Counted from the stretch's first letter, positions 1 through 12,185 are shown. The stretch: DNA of 64,000 nucleotides from Chloroflexota bacterium (GCA_021414245.1 JAIOOU010000011.1:123881-187880); one strand, 5' to 3'. The notes: generated from the sequence alone by a model not told the origin. Numbers and translations are program-made.

Positions 1-1528
1 CCTGCCACCAGGTTGAATAAATATCGGGGTTGCCGCTGCGATTGGAGGTAAAGGACACATCCGAACCGGTGCAGTTCCACGTCGGCGCGGAATCCACCCC
101 GCCGAAATCGGTCAGCTGGTATTCAGTGTTCGTGACCAGATCATAGGTGAATACATCTGTATTCTCACCCGTGGTTACCTGATACGCAATGCGCTCGCCT
201 TCGGGCGACCAGGTTGCATTGCCCGCATCCCCGCCCACGGAGATCTGCTTGAATGTCTGCCCCTGAATATCAGAGACATACAGATCCCAGGTGCCGGTGG
301 TGTTGATGAAGAAGGCCAGCTGCTTGCCATTCGGCGACCAGCTCGGAAAGAGCACGTCCTGGGCGAATGAAGTGACCTGATATTCGGTGCCTTTCGAGAT
401 ATCGAAGACATATACATTCCAGGAACCGGTGCGGTTGGACTGGAAGGTGATCCAGTTGCTGTCCGGAGACCAGAACGGATTTACATCATCGCCTGTATCC
501 GAAGTCAGCTGGACCTCCTTGCCGGTGTCCTTGTTCAACAGGTAGATGTCCCAATTACCATCCCGATCGCTTTGATAGACCACGGATTGATTGTCGGGGC
601 CGAACATCGCATTGATGTTATTGGACTGGGTTTCCGTCAAACGTTTCTGGGATTTACCCTCACTGTCCGTCAGATACAACTCGACATTGCCGTTGCGATT
701 GCTCTGGAAGACCACCCACTGGCTGTCTGCCGAGCGACTCGGGCGTGAATCCATGGAAGTGTCGTTGGACAGATTGATGGGCTGAACGCCCTCCATCCCT
801 TCGAAACCATCCAGGCGGAAGATCTCCAGGTCACCGGAGCGGAAGGAATGGAACATGATCCAATTCGGACAGCTTGCGGAGACCGGTGGGGCCGATTTAA
901 CTTCCGTGATGGGAGGAGGGGGAGGAGTGGGAGTAACCGTTACATCCACGGGCGGAGTTGGGGTTATATCCCCGGAAGGTGTGGGGGTCGGAAAAATATC
1001 CTTGGGAGAACAAACCGGATCGACCTCACCCTGGGCTGCCCGGCAGTTTGCATGCAAGCTGCCATTGACAGGGTTGCCCTTGCCATGATCACCCTGACCG
1101 CAGGGAAGCTGCCCGGCATCCAAGCACGGATCAGATGCATCCTGTTTGGAGCCGCGTACATCCACGCCGTTCGGATTTTGCACTTCAGGAGTTCCGGAGC
1201 CGGTGGTACTTCCTCCACCGCCAGTATTCCCTCCATTACCGCCGCCACCGCCAGTATTCCCCCCATTACCGCCGCCACCGCCAGTATTCCCCCCATTACC
1301 GCCGTTGCCGCCATTCCCCCCATTACCGCCGTTGCCGCCATTCCCCCCATTACCGCCGTTACCGCCATTGCCATTTTCACCACCGTTGCCTTTACCACCG
1401 CCGGCATCGCCCGCCAAACCCGGGACAGCACCGCAGGCGGAAAGCAGCAGGGACAAGATTGTCACTGCTGCAATGAGCACGAACAAGGATCTTGTCCAAT
1501 TGAAATTTTTCTTTCCTTCGATATCCAT
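1..1528 (-). CDS. Lipoprotein with (GGN)n Gly-rich tract, Pro/Thr linker and TolB-like (PD40) beta-propeller; runs off the window start
   Basis: Absent from the ORF track (no stop in window). Manual translation from ATG 1528 (SD AAGGAG): MDIEGKKNFNWTRSLFVLIAAVTILSLLLSAC lipobox, GGN repeats, PTPTP linker, then repeated FQSNRNGNVELY / YQSDRDGNWDIY / WSPDSNWITFQSNRTGSWNVY / WSPNGKQLAF / WSPEGERIAY units. Confidence 0.9.
   Translation of the reverse strand, partial: MDIEGKKNFNWTRSLFVLIAAVTILSLLLSACGAVPGLAGDAGGGKGNGGENGNGGNGGNGGNGGNGGNGGNGGNGGNGGNTGGGGGNGGNTGGGGGNGGNTGGGGSTTGSGTPEVQNPNGVDVRGSKQDASDPCLDAGQLPCGQGDHGKGNPVNGSLHANCRAAQGEVDPVCSPKDIFPTPTPSGDITPTPPVDVTVTPTPPPPPITEVKSAPPVSASCPNWIMFHSFRSGDLEIFRLDGFEGMEGVQPINLSNDTSMDSRPSRSADSQWVVFQSNRNGNVELYLTDSEGKSQKRLTETQSNNINAMFGPDNQSVVYQSDRDGNWDIYLLNKDTGKEVQLTSDTGDDVNPFWSPDSNWITFQSNRTGSWNVYVFDISKGTEYQVTSFAQDVLFPSWSPNGKQLAFFINTTGTWDLYVSDIQGQTFKQISVGGDAGNATWSPEGERIAYQVTTGENTDVFTYDLVTNTEYQLTDFGGVDSAPTWNCTGSDVSFTSNRSGNPDIYSTWWQ
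1215..1400. repeat. Coding tandem repeats (27-bp and 30-bp units) encoding the GGN/GGNTGGGG tract
   Basis: Units ccattaccgccgttgccgccattcccc and ccattaccgccgccaccgccagtattcccc each occur about three times. Confidence 0.85.
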
Positions 1529-1601
1529 GTTTCTCTCCTTCTTTATTATATTAAACCTGATATTTTTTACACACGATACAACGTCATAAACATGATCAAA
1601 A

Positions 1602-2069
1602 TTATTTACGACGCATGATCCAAAAAATGTATAGCACCCCGGCCACAACTGCAGCCACCAATACTGTGCTGCCGATCGGTTTCAGTGCAGCACCAGCGGT
1701 TGACCCATCACCCGCGGACAAGGGGAGGAACACAACCAGGAGGATCAGCAGACCGGCGGTAACAACACCAGCCAAAAGCTGTGGACGGGCTGGATAGGAA
1801 AACCATTTCTTCCAAAATGGCGCCCGGGACTCCCGGACCTCGCGCCGCATCCGGGCATTCAGGCGGACCTGCATCTGCTTGATGGCCGATTCATCCAGGG
1901 AGACGGGCGGCAGGAAATGGTTCAAACGCAGAATCGTTTTTTCGAGGCCGAGCAGTTCATCGTCCGCGTTCGAATCGGGTTGTTCCATTTTTCCTTCCAT
2001 GACCTGATCGGTGAACTCCGTCAAGCGGTTGTCCCTTTCCGGGTCGAAGCGTTCAGTACTTTGTTTCAT
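1602..2069 (-). CDS. Putative membrane anti-sigma factor
   Basis: Overlaps the ECF sigma stop by 4 bp; soluble N-terminus plus two hydrophobic helices. Confidence 0.6.
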   Translation of the reverse strand: MKQSTERFDPERDNRLTEFTDQVMEGKMEQPDSNADDELLGLEKTILRLNHFLPPVSLDESAIKQMQVRLNARMRREVRESRAPFWKKWFSYPARPQLLAGVVTAGLLILLVVFLPLSAGDGSTAGAALKPIGSTVLVAAVVAGVLYIFWIMRRK

Positions 2070-2644
2070 AATTGTTCATCCAAATGAGAACGAAGAGCGC
2101 TGATCGCCCTGCGAAATAGGGATTTGGTGGCTTCCAAATTTTGTTGGGTGAGGTCCGCGATTTCATTAAATTGCATTTCCTCGGCAAATCGCAGCAGGAT
2201 GATCTCCCTGTAATTTTCCGGCAGTTTCTGAAGTGCGCCCTGAATGAACATGCGCTCCTCCATGGCTGTCGGGGTATTGCCTGTGGTTTTGCCGGATGCA
2301 TCCGAAAGCGGTGCAAGCAGCGGCTCCTGTTTCCGCGTTCGTTTTCTGTAGAACTCCGCCACCTTGTGGTTGGTCAGGGTGCGCAGCCAGGTGCCAAATT
2401 GAGCTTCGCCTCGAAAAGAGGAAAGGGATCTCAACACGGCGATAAAGATCTCCTGGGTGACATCCTCCACATCACCCTCCGGGATCACATAGCGCACTCT
2501 CTTGTACACGTTGGGGAGATGGCGATGATACAGCGCGTCGAACGCCGCCGCGCTTCCATCCCTGTACTGCCTGATCAGGATTTCGTCGCTGGTATCTTCG
2601 ATGGTGGTTTTGGAAATATTTTCCATATAATTAGTGGCTGCCAC
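2066..2644 (-). CDS. ECF (sigma-70 family) RNA polymerase sigma factor
   Basis: Region 2 (DVEDVTQEIF...FGTWLRTLTNHK) and region 4 (LQKLPENYREIILLRFAEEMQFNEIA); alternative start at 2626. Confidence 0.92.
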   Translation of the reverse strand: MAATNYMENISKTTIEDTSDEILIRQYRDGSAAAFDALYHRHLPNVYKRVRYVIPEGDVEDVTQEIFIAVLRSLSSFRGEAQFGTWLRTLTNHKVAEFYRKRTRKQEPLLAPLSDASGKTTGNTPTAMEERMFIQGALQKLPENYREIILLRFAEEMQFNEIADLTQQNLEATKSLFRRAISALRSHLDEQL

Positions 2645-2749
2645 GGGTGGGAAAGGGTTGTTGTATAAAGACCAAAATCGCCTGGATTTCAGACTGAAAG
2701 AAACAGGCCGCTAGAATATAACATAAAAAAAGACAAGAATAGGGGGGAT

Positions 2750-2777
2750 TTGACTTTCAGGTTAGTTAGGCTATAAT
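2750..2777 (+). promoter_or_regulatory. Sigma70-type promoter for the MinD-like operon
   Basis: TTGACT-16 bp-TATAAT upstream of the ATG at 2827. Confidence 0.55.
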
Positions 2778-2826
2778 CTACAGAAAAGTCACGGTTGGAA
2801 ACTCATAAACTTATTGGAGAGGGAAG

Positions 2827-3591
2827 ATGTCCAAAATCATTTCAATTCACTCTTTTCGCGGCGGGACGGGAAAATCCAACACCACGGCGAATATAGCTGC
2901 ACTGCTCGCCATGGATGGATTTCGTGTGGGTGTCGTGGATACCGATATTGCATCCCCCGGTATTCATGTCTTGTTCAACCTGGATGAGTCCGACATGGTT
3001 CATTCCTTAAACGATTACCTGTGGGGAAAATGCACCATCGAGGAGGCCGCCCACGATGTAACTGCCAATGTCGGCGGCGAGATCAAGGGCCAGATCTTCC
3101 TGATCCCCTCCAGCATCAAAGCCGGCGAAATCGCGCGCATTCTGCGCGAGGGCTATGATGTCGGTTTGCTGAACGACGGCTTCCGTGATGTGGTCGAGAA
3201 ATTAAACCTCGATTACCTTCTGATCGATACTCACCCGGGTTTAAATGAAGAAACCCTGCTTTCCATCGCCATTTCCAACGCGCTGGTCATCATTCTCCGC
3301 CCTGATTCACAAGACTACCAGGGCACGATCGTGACGGTGGATGTGGCCAAGAAACTCGAAGTGCCTTTGATGCTGATGGTGGTCAACAAGGTTCCCTCCA
3401 CCTTCGATCTCGATGATGTCCGCACCCGGGTGGAACAGACCTATAACGCCAAGGTCGGCGCAGTCTTCCCCCACTCGGATGAAATGATGTCTCTGGCCAG
3501 TTCCGGCATCTTCTCGATCCGTTACCCGGACAATGTGGTCACCAAGGCCCTGCGCAGCCTGGTCGATCAGTTGAAAGCCTTTAAAGAGTAG
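2827..3591 (+). CDS. MinD/ParA-family ATPase
   Basis: Deviant Walker A SFRGGTGKSN, VVDTDIASPG, LIDTHPG. Confidence 0.88.
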   Translation: MSKIISIHSFRGGTGKSNTTANIAALLAMDGFRVGVVDTDIASPGIHVLFNLDESDMVHSLNDYLWGKCTIEEAAHDVTANVGGEIKGQIFLIPSSIKAGEIARILREGYDVGLLNDGFRDVVEKLNLDYLLIDTHPGLNEETLLSIAISNALVIILRPDSQDYQGTIVTVDVAKKLEVPLMLMVVNKVPSTFDLDDVRTRVEQTYNAKVGAVFPHSDEMMSLASSGIFSIRYPDNVVTKALRSLVDQLKAFKE

Positions 3592-3618
3592 GCGGCTTTT
3601 CACCAAAACGAGCACGTA

Positions 3619-3951
3619 ATGAGTGATTCCCTTTACAACATCACCTTAAAGGAACTCGAAGCCCGCACCGAAGATATTCGACCCTCTGATGTTGTCCTCT
3701 TTTCAGAACCTTTGCGCACGGCATTAAATTTCGTGATCCGGCTCGGTCGTTTCAGCCTGACGGAATTTGCGGAAAAACTCGAATTCACCCGCGAACAGAC
3801 CGGCAGGATCGCCGATATTTTGATCGAGCGAAACCTGTTTGTAAAGTCACGCTTCTCGAATGCCGAAGAGACCTTTTATGAATCCCGCCTTTCCGCGCTG
3901 ACCCGGCCGCTCTCCCGACCGCCTTCGGATATCTGGAAAAAGATCGATTGA
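3619..3951 (+). CDS. Hypothetical protein, possible winged-HTH
   Basis: 110-aa ORF following the MinD-like gene; FSLTEFAEKLEFTREQTGRIADILIERNLF resembles an HTH-wing. Confidence 0.6.
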   Translation: MSDSLYNITLKELEARTEDIRPSDVVLFSEPLRTALNFVIRLGRFSLTEFAEKLEFTREQTGRIADILIERNLFVKSRFSNAEETFYESRLSALTRPLSRPPSDIWKKID

Positions 3952-3957
3952 CAGCCC

Positions 3958-6036
<2,079 letters not shown>

Positions 6037-6105
6037 TTTTTCATCGGCTAGACAGAAACTTTCCCCTCGACTAAACTTACGGCATTCTGATCCCGGAGGC
6101 ACTAC

Positions 6106-7317
6106 ATGGATTTCCATAATACAAACGATTCATTAACCCGCCGCGTTAAGGCGTTTACCGATCGCGTTTCGATGTTGAAAGAGAACGACCTGTATTACTA
6201 CAACCAACCCGTCGAGGAGATTTTACCCGGCAATAAGGTCCGCGTGCGCGGACGTGAAATGGGCATGTATGCTTCCTACAGCTACCTGGGCCTGGTCGGC
6301 CACCCGCGCATCAACGAAGCCGCAAAAAAGGCCGTGGACAAATTCGGCACGGGCACGAACGGCGTTCGCATGCTGGCCGGCACGCTGACCCTGCACAAGG
6401 AACTCGAGGAGACCATTGCGAACTTCAAACATGCCGAAGCTGCGGTCACCTATTCCTCGGGCTATGCGACCAATTTGACCGTGATCTCCTCGTTGATGGG
6501 CCGCGGCGATTATGTCTTCTCCGACAAATTAAATCACGCTTCTATTGTGGATGGCTGTTTGATGTCCGGAGCGGAGTTCCGCCGCTTCCGGCACAATGAC
6601 ATGGAACATCTTGAAGGTCTGCTCAAGAACGCCCCCGCCGATGTGGCCAAAATGGTGATCGCGGACTCGGTCTTCAGCATGGACGGCGACATCATCGACC
6701 TGCCCAAGGTGCTCGAATTGACCAAAAAATACAAGGCCTGGTTGATGATCGATGAAGCTCATTCGGTGGGCGTGCTCGGAAAAACCGGCACCGGAATCGA
6801 GGAGCATTTCGGCCTGGGCGACGTGATCGATATCAAGATGGGCACGCTCAGCAAGACCATTCCGTCCGTGGGCGGCTACGTGGCTGCCCGCAAGGAGATC
6901 ATCACCTACCTGAGTCACGCCAGCCGCGCATACATCTTTTCGGCCGCACTGCCGCCCGCGCAGGCCGCCGCTGCCAATGAAGCCTTCAAAGTCATTCTGG
7001 ACGAACCCTGGCGCATTGAACGTTTAAATCAAAACACAAAGCAATTCATTGGCGGGCTCAAAGGAATGGGATTCGATACCATGCTGACCGAAACCGCCAT
7101 TGTGCCGGTCCTGTGCGGTGAGGATGAAATGGCTTTTGCCATGACCCGCGAAGCCCAACACCACGATGTTTTTGTGCTGCCGGTCGCATCTCCAGCGGTT
7201 CCGGAAGGCCTGGCGCGCCTGCGTGCAACCGTCACGGCCGCGCACGAGCCCAGCGAGATCGAACGTGCCATGGATGTGATCGGCACGGCCGGAAAGAAAC
7301 TGGGGTTGATTAAATAG
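6106..7317 (+). CDS. PLP-dependent alpha-oxoamine synthase (BioF/Kbl/SPT family)
   Basis: SYSYLGL, SDKLNHASIVDG, DSVFSMDGD, DEAHS, GTLSK motifs; exact substrate not assignable. Confidence 0.9.
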   Translation: MDFHNTNDSLTRRVKAFTDRVSMLKENDLYYYNQPVEEILPGNKVRVRGREMGMYASYSYLGLVGHPRINEAAKKAVDKFGTGTNGVRMLAGTLTLHKELEETIANFKHAEAAVTYSSGYATNLTVISSLMGRGDYVFSDKLNHASIVDGCLMSGAEFRRFRHNDMEHLEGLLKNAPADVAKMVIADSVFSMDGDIIDLPKVLELTKKYKAWLMIDEAHSVGVLGKTGTGIEEHFGLGDVIDIKMGTLSKTIPSVGGYVAARKEIITYLSHASRAYIFSAALPPAQAAAANEAFKVILDEPWRIERLNQNTKQFIGGLKGMGFDTMLTETAIVPVLCGEDEMAFAMTREAQHHDVFVLPVASPAVPEGLARLRATVTAAHEPSEIERAMDVIGTAGKKLGLIK

Positions 7318-7331
7318 GTTCAGATCATCGA

Positions 7332-7379
7332 AAACAAAAAGTCCCTCGAATTCTCAACAATTCGAGGGACTTTTTGTTT
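7332..7379. terminator. Intrinsic terminator, 21-bp stem
   Basis: aaacaaaaagtccctcgaatt / aattcgagggactttttgttt perfect inverted repeat. Confidence 0.8.
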
Positions 7380-7472
7380 CTTTTATTGAATCTGATAGTT
7401 CCTGAGAGAATATTTTATATGTTTTTCTAATAAATTCCCTGTACAATCCCGTTAGTACAAAAGGAGATAAAA

Positions 7473-8576
7473 ATGAAATGGCAATGGAAATTGGGTAAAT
7501 TTGCGGGAATTGAAGTATACGTTCACGCCACCTTTCTGCTTTTGATCGCATGGGTGGGCTACAGTCACTGGCTGGAAAATCGAAATTGGGGCGAGGTTTT
7601 TAGCGGCATTCTCTTTATCCTCGCGTTATTTGCTTGTGTGATCCTGCATGAATACGGGCATGCGCTTACCGCCCGAAAATACGGGATTAAAACCCGCGAT
7701 ATCACGATCTACCCGATCGGCGGGGTGGCCCGTCTGGAGCGAATGCCGGAAAAACCGATCGAGGAATTGTGGGTCGCCCTGATGGGACCCGCTGTAAACG
7801 TGGTCATCGCCGCGGGGCTCTTCGCCTATCTTTATTTGACCTCAAGCCTGGTGCCGCTCAGTGAGTTGACCATTGCCTCGGGCAGTTTCCTGGAACGTGT
7901 CATGACGGTTAATGTATCACTTGTGTTGTTTAATCTCATTCCGGCTTTTCCCATGGACGGCGGCCGCGTGCTGCGCGCACTTCTGGCCCTGCGCATGGAC
8001 TATGTCCGGGCCACTCAGATTGCCGCCACCATCGGCCAGGGGATGGCCCTGTTGTTTGGGCTGGTGGGTTTGTTTGGAAATGCCTCACTGCTTTTCATTG
8101 CATTCTTCATTTGGATTGGAGCCTCCCAGGAGGCGGGCATGACCCAGATGAAGAACGCCATCAGCGGAATTCCCGTTGGCCGTGCCATGCTGACCGATTA
8201 CAAAAGTCTTTCCCCGCGGGACCCGCTTTCACGCATGTCCCAGTTGCTGCTGGCCGGCTCCCAGCATGATTTCCCGGTGATCGATAATGACCGTATCGTG
8301 GGTGTCGTCACACGGGACGACTTTCTTAAAGCCCTCACGCGGCATGGTGAGAGTATCGCCATTTCAGCCGTGATGAAAAAAGATCTGCCTGAAGTGGATT
8401 CCCATGAAATGGTGGAAAACGCCTTGATGCGTATTCAGGAATCAGGCGTGCCAGCCCTGCCTGTAACGCACGCCGGTCAATTGGTGGGCATCGTCACCGC
8501 AGAAAATATCACAGAGTATTTAATGATACGCTCCGCGTTAAGAAGAGCCGCAAGCTCCGCGCCTCTGGCTTTCTGA
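7473..8576 (+). CDS. Site-2 protease (M50) with CBS domains
   Basis: HEYGH zinc motif, NLIPAFPMDGGR, two C-terminal CBS repeats. Confidence 0.95.
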   Translation: MKWQWKLGKFAGIEVYVHATFLLLIAWVGYSHWLENRNWGEVFSGILFILALFACVILHEYGHALTARKYGIKTRDITIYPIGGVARLERMPEKPIEELWVALMGPAVNVVIAAGLFAYLYLTSSLVPLSELTIASGSFLERVMTVNVSLVLFNLIPAFPMDGGRVLRALLALRMDYVRATQIAATIGQGMALLFGLVGLFGNASLLFIAFFIWIGASQEAGMTQMKNAISGIPVGRAMLTDYKSLSPRDPLSRMSQLLLAGSQHDFPVIDNDRIVGVVTRDDFLKALTRHGESIAISAVMKKDLPEVDSHEMVENALMRIQESGVPALPVTHAGQLVGIVTAENITEYLMIRSALRRAASSAPLAF

Positions 8577-8649
8577 GCGGATTTGCCAGCCTGGATGAGA
8601 AGATTCTTAACCACGGTCTCGGTCTTCCTTTGTATACTTGTTCCAACTC

Positions 8650-8738
8650 CGATGGGGAGTAGCCGCCCAAAAGCCTGGGGTGCACAGTCGTCAATACGGA
8701 AAACTTTCCCGGCTGTTCTGTAAACGGCAAGACCATCG
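8650..8738 (+). ncRNA. yybP-ykoY (Mn2+) riboswitch aptamer
   Basis: P1 cgatgg/ccatcg, conserved GGGGAGUAGC and GGCAAGAC strands, P2 gccg/cggc, P3 cagtcg/cggctg with a UCAAUAC loop, P4 ggaa/ttcc; upstream of a cation P-type ATPase operon. Confidence 0.85.
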
Positions 8739-8768
8739 TCAATCCTTGGCGATGGTCTATTTATTTTT
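8730..8768 (+). terminator. Riboswitch expression-platform terminator
   Basis: agaccatcgtc-aatcctt-ggcgatggtct then atttattttt; its 5' arm is the 3' strand of aptamer P1. Confidence 0.8.
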
Positions 8769-8791
8769 CAACCTTCGCCCGAACACAAGAG

Positions 8792-9484
8792 GTGAATCAT
8801 ATGGTACACAAATGGGAAACATTGATCCTTTCCTCGATGCAAATGATCTTCGATGAATTCGGCTGGGCGGGCGTGTTTGGTTTGATGGTTTTCGAAAATG
8901 CCACAGGCATTACTCCCAGCGAGATCATCCTTGCCTGTGCCGGTTGGATGTTGATTGAACGGCATGACATTCCACCCGCGTACATCCTGCTTGCAGGCAT
9001 ATATGCCGGGCTGGGAAGCGCAATCGGAGCATCCATCACCTATTGGGCCGCACGGATCGGCGGTTGGCCTGTCATCGACAGGCTGGCAAAGATATTCCGC
9101 ATGGACCTTTCCTTGATCGGCAGGGCGGAACGCCAAATGCACAAATGGGGGCCTTGGCTGGTATTGATCGGGCGCGTCATTCCCGGCGTGAGGACCCTGA
9201 TCAGCATCCCGGCGGGACTGGTCAGGATGTCCTTTCCCCGGTTTTTTATCGCCACCTTCATTGGGGCCTATACTTGGTGTACACTCCTGATCGGCGCAGG
9301 CTACCTGCTTGGCCATGAATGGATGCTAATCAGTAATTACATAAAAGGGAATCTGCCCCTGGTGTTGGCACTTGGATTGTTCGGGATAGGCATGGTCCTG
9401 GTTTATCATTATCGAAAAAAATTGCCCGTAGCGGCATGGGTTTACACCCTCAGGAACAAGAATGGATTGGATGACGGAACATGA
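8792..9484 (+). CDS. DedA family membrane protein
   Basis: FENATGITPSEIIL, GRVIPGVRTLISIPAG motifs; ATGA overlap with the ATPase. Confidence 0.92.
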   Translation: MNHMVHKWETLILSSMQMIFDEFGWAGVFGLMVFENATGITPSEIILACAGWMLIERHDIPPAYILLAGIYAGLGSAIGASITYWAARIGGWPVIDRLAKIFRMDLSLIGRAERQMHKWGPWLVLIGRVIPGVRTLISIPAGLVRMSFPRFFIATFIGAYTWCTLLIGAGYLLGHEWMLISNYIKGNLPLVLALGLFGIGMVLVYHYRKKLPVAAWVYTLRNKNGLDDGT

Positions 9485-12180
9485 ACTGGTATCTCACTGA
9501 TATTCAAGAAAGTCTTTCATTTTTACAGACGGATCAGCAAAATGGTCTTTCTGAATCTGAAGTTTCGGCTCGTATCGCCCGGTACGGCACCAACGAACTG
9601 ATTGAACGCGGAGGGCGCAAACCCCTGCAGATCCTCTGGGAGCAGCTCACCGCCACGATGGTGCTGATTCTCATTGCAGCTGCTGTAGCCGCCGGACTGC
9701 TTGGCGACACCAAGAACAGCATCGCGATCCTTTTGATCGTGGCCCTGTACGCCTTCCTGGGCTTCATTCAGGAATACCGCGCCGAGAAAGCCATCGCCGC
9801 CCTAAAGAAGATGTCGGTACCGAACGTACGTGTGATACGCGATGGCAAATTGCAGGAACTTTCCGCCCGTGACCTGGTCCCCGGCGATATCCTGCAACTG
9901 GAAGCCGGCAATGTGCTCCCCGCGGACCTGCGCCTGCTCGAAGCGGTCAACCTGCGCATTCAGGAAGCCGCCCTGACCGGTGAATCCGAGGCCATTGAAA
10001 AACACACGGCCGCCCTCTCCGGCGAAGACCTGCCCCTCGGCGACCGCCGCAATATGGGATTCATGGGTACCATTGTCACACAGGGCCGCGGACTCGCGCT
10101 GGTCATCGCGACCGGCATGCAGACCGAGCTCGGCAAGATCGCCGATCTCATTCAACAGGTCAAACAGGAAAACACCCCCCTTCAACGCAGGCTGGATGCG
10201 CTTGGCAGGAATCTTGCCCTTGTCGGTGTCGGGATTGCCGCCCTGATCTTCGTGCTTGGCCTCCTGCGCGGAGATGAACTCCGTCACATGCTGCTTACGG
10301 CAGTCAGTGTTGCCGTTGCCATTGTTCCGGAAGGCCTGCCGGCCGTGGTCACCATCACCCTGGCACTTGGCGCACAGCGGATGCTGCAGCGCAACGCGCT
10401 CATCCGGAAACTGCCCGCCGTGGAAACGCTCGGCTCGGTAACCGTGATCTGCTCCGACAAAACCGGCACACTGACCGAGAACCGCATGACTGTGGTTGTG
10501 CTGGATGTTGCCGATCACGCACTTGACCTGACCGAGGAGATCGAACGCGACGGCACGCTTCGCACCACCCGCAGGCTGGGCACGCCGATCCAATCCTCTC
10601 TTTCGCTGGCAATGATCGGCGGCGCCTTGTGCAATGACGCAAAACTGGTCGACATCGGCGATGAACGCTATCACACCCTGGGCGACCCCACGGAAGGCGC
10701 CATCGTGGTTGCAGCCGCAAAGATGGGATACTGGAAGGCCTCCCTGGATTCCTCCTTCCCGCGCGCTGCCGAACTGCCCTTTGACTCGGAACGCAAACGC
10801 ATGACCACCGTCCATCATTTGGAGCGTTACGATCCCGCCGTGCTGGCCGGGCTGGAAGTGGGCGCGCGCCGATATATCGCCTTCACCAAGGGCAGCGTGG
10901 ATGGGCTGCTGGATGTCACGACCCATGTGTGGGTGGATGGAAACGCCCAGGTTCTGGATGCAGAGTGGCGGTCCAAGATCGAGGCGTCGAATGAGGGCCT
11001 CGCAAAGAAAGGCATGCGCGTACTGGGCGTCGCCTTCCGCACGTTTGACTCCATCCCCGAAGTCATTCAAATGGACCTTGAGCAGGGGCTGACCCTGGTG
11101 GGTTTGTTCGGCATGATCGACCCGCCACGTGGAGAGGTAAATGAAGCCGTGGCCATCTGCCGTGCGGCCGGCATCCGACCCGTGATGATCACAGGCGATC
11201 ACCCCCTGACCGCGATCGAGATCGCGCGTCAATTGGGAATCACCGACAATGGCCGCGCCCTGACCGGTACCGAGATCGAAAACCTGACCTTCGATGAATT
11301 GAAGAATGTGGTCGAAGAGGTCAATGTCTTTGCGCGCGTGGCACCCGAACATAAATTAAAGATCGTGCAGGCCCTGCAGGAAAACGGTCACATCGTATCG
11401 ATGACCGGCGACGGCGTGAACGATGCGCCTGCCCTGCGCCGCGCAGACATTGGCGTGGCTATGGGCATCACCGGCACGGATGTTTCCAAGGAAGCCTCCG
11501 ACCTGGTCCTGCTGGACGATAATTTTGCCACCATTGTGGCTTCCGTCCGCGAAGGCCGCACCATTTACGACAACATCCGCAAGTTCGTGCGCTTCAGCGT
11601 GGCGGGCAATATCGGAAAGGTGCTGGTGATGCTGATCGCCCCCTTCCTCGGCAAGCCCCTGCCCCTTTTGCCGCTGCAACTGCTCTGGTTGAATCTTCTC
11701 ACCGATGGTTTGCTGGGTCTGGGCATGGGCGTGGAAAACCCCGAAGCGGACACCATGAAACGCGCGCCGTATTCGCCAAAGGAAGGCGTGTTCTCACGCG
11801 GTGCCGGTGCCCAAACCATTTGGGTGGGTGCCATGATCGGCGCCCTCGCTCTGGGATTGGGTTCCTGGTATTACTTTACCGGCCGCCCTGAATGGCAGAC
11901 CATGATCTTCACTTCGCTGGCTTTCATGCAGGTCTTCCAGGCTTTGGCTTCACGCTCGGCAAAAGAGTCCTTGTTCAAAATGCGCCTGTTGAGTAACCCG
12001 TTGCTGGCGGGCATGGCTGGTCTGGTGGTGGCCCTGCAATTAATGGTGTTATATGTGCCCCTGTTCAGCCGCTTCTTTGAAGTCATTCCCTTGAACGGCT
12101 GTGACCTGTCCATCGCGGCAAGCATGGGTGTGGTCGTCTTTCTGGTAATGGAATTGGAAAAGGCAATTCGCAGAAAATAG
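9481..12180 (+). CDS. Cation-translocating P-type ATPase (P2A-like)
   Basis: [44 protein letters not shown]. Confidence 0.96.
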   Translation: MNWYLTDIQESLSFLQTDQQNGLSESEVSARIARYGTNELIERGGRKPLQILWEQLTATMVLILIAAAVAAGLLGDTKNSIAILLIVALYAFLGFIQEYRAEKAIAALKKMSVPNVRVIRDGKLQELSARDLVPGDILQLEAGNVLPADLRLLEAVNLRIQEAALTGESEAIEKHTAALSGEDLPLGDRRNMGFMGTIVTQGRGLALVIATGMQTELGKIADLIQQVKQENTPLQRRLDALGRNLALVGVGIAALIFVLGLLRGDELRHMLLTAVSVAVAIVPEGLPAVVTITLALGAQRMLQRNALIRKLPAVETLGSVTVICSDKTGTLTENRMTVVVLDVADHALDLTEEIERDGTLRTTRRLGTPIQSSLSLAMIGGALCNDAKLVDIGDERYHTLGDPTEGAIVVAAAKMGYWKASLDSSFPRAAELPFDSERKRMTTVHHLERYDPAVLAGLEVGARRYIAFTKGSVDGLLDVTTHVWVDGNAQVLDAEWRSKIEASNEGLAKKGMRVLGVAFRTFDSIPEVIQMDLEQGLTLVGLFGMIDPPRGEVNEAVAICRAAGIRPVMITGDHPLTAIEIARQLGITDNGRALTGTEIENLTFDELKNVVEEVNVFARVAPEHKLKIVQALQENGHIVSMTGDGVNDAPALRRADIGVAMGITGTDVSKEASDLVLLDDNFATIVASVREGRTIYDNIRKFVRFSVAGNIGKVLVMLIAPFLGKPLPLLPLQLLWLNLLTDGLLGLGMGVENPEADTMKRAPYSPKEGVFSRGAGAQTIWVGAMIGALALGLGSWYYFTGRPEWQTMIFTSLAFMQVFQALASRSAKESLFKMRLLSNPLLAGMAGLVVALQLMVLYVPLFSRFFEVIPLNGCDLSIAASMGVVVFLVMELEKAIRRK

Positions 12181-12185
12181 TAATC

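Noticed and set aside
848-1618. Several ORFs over the Gly-rich region (poly-Pro 1146-1589, Ala/Ile-rich 848-1618, 964-1431)
   Set aside because: Shadows of the GGN repeat; the real gene is the minus-strand lipoprotein with SD, lipobox and PD40 repeats.
1529-2700. Possible shared ECF promoter motif (attttg.tc) upstream of the sigma and lipoprotein genes
   Set aside because: Too short, with no consistent -10 element; cannot be supported.
9802-11352. 516-aa antisense ORF, and similar long antisense ORFs at 29551-30438, 30806-31858, 45296-46657 and 54986-57130
   Set aside because: Each lies opposite a clearly identified gene; expected from GC-rich codon bias.
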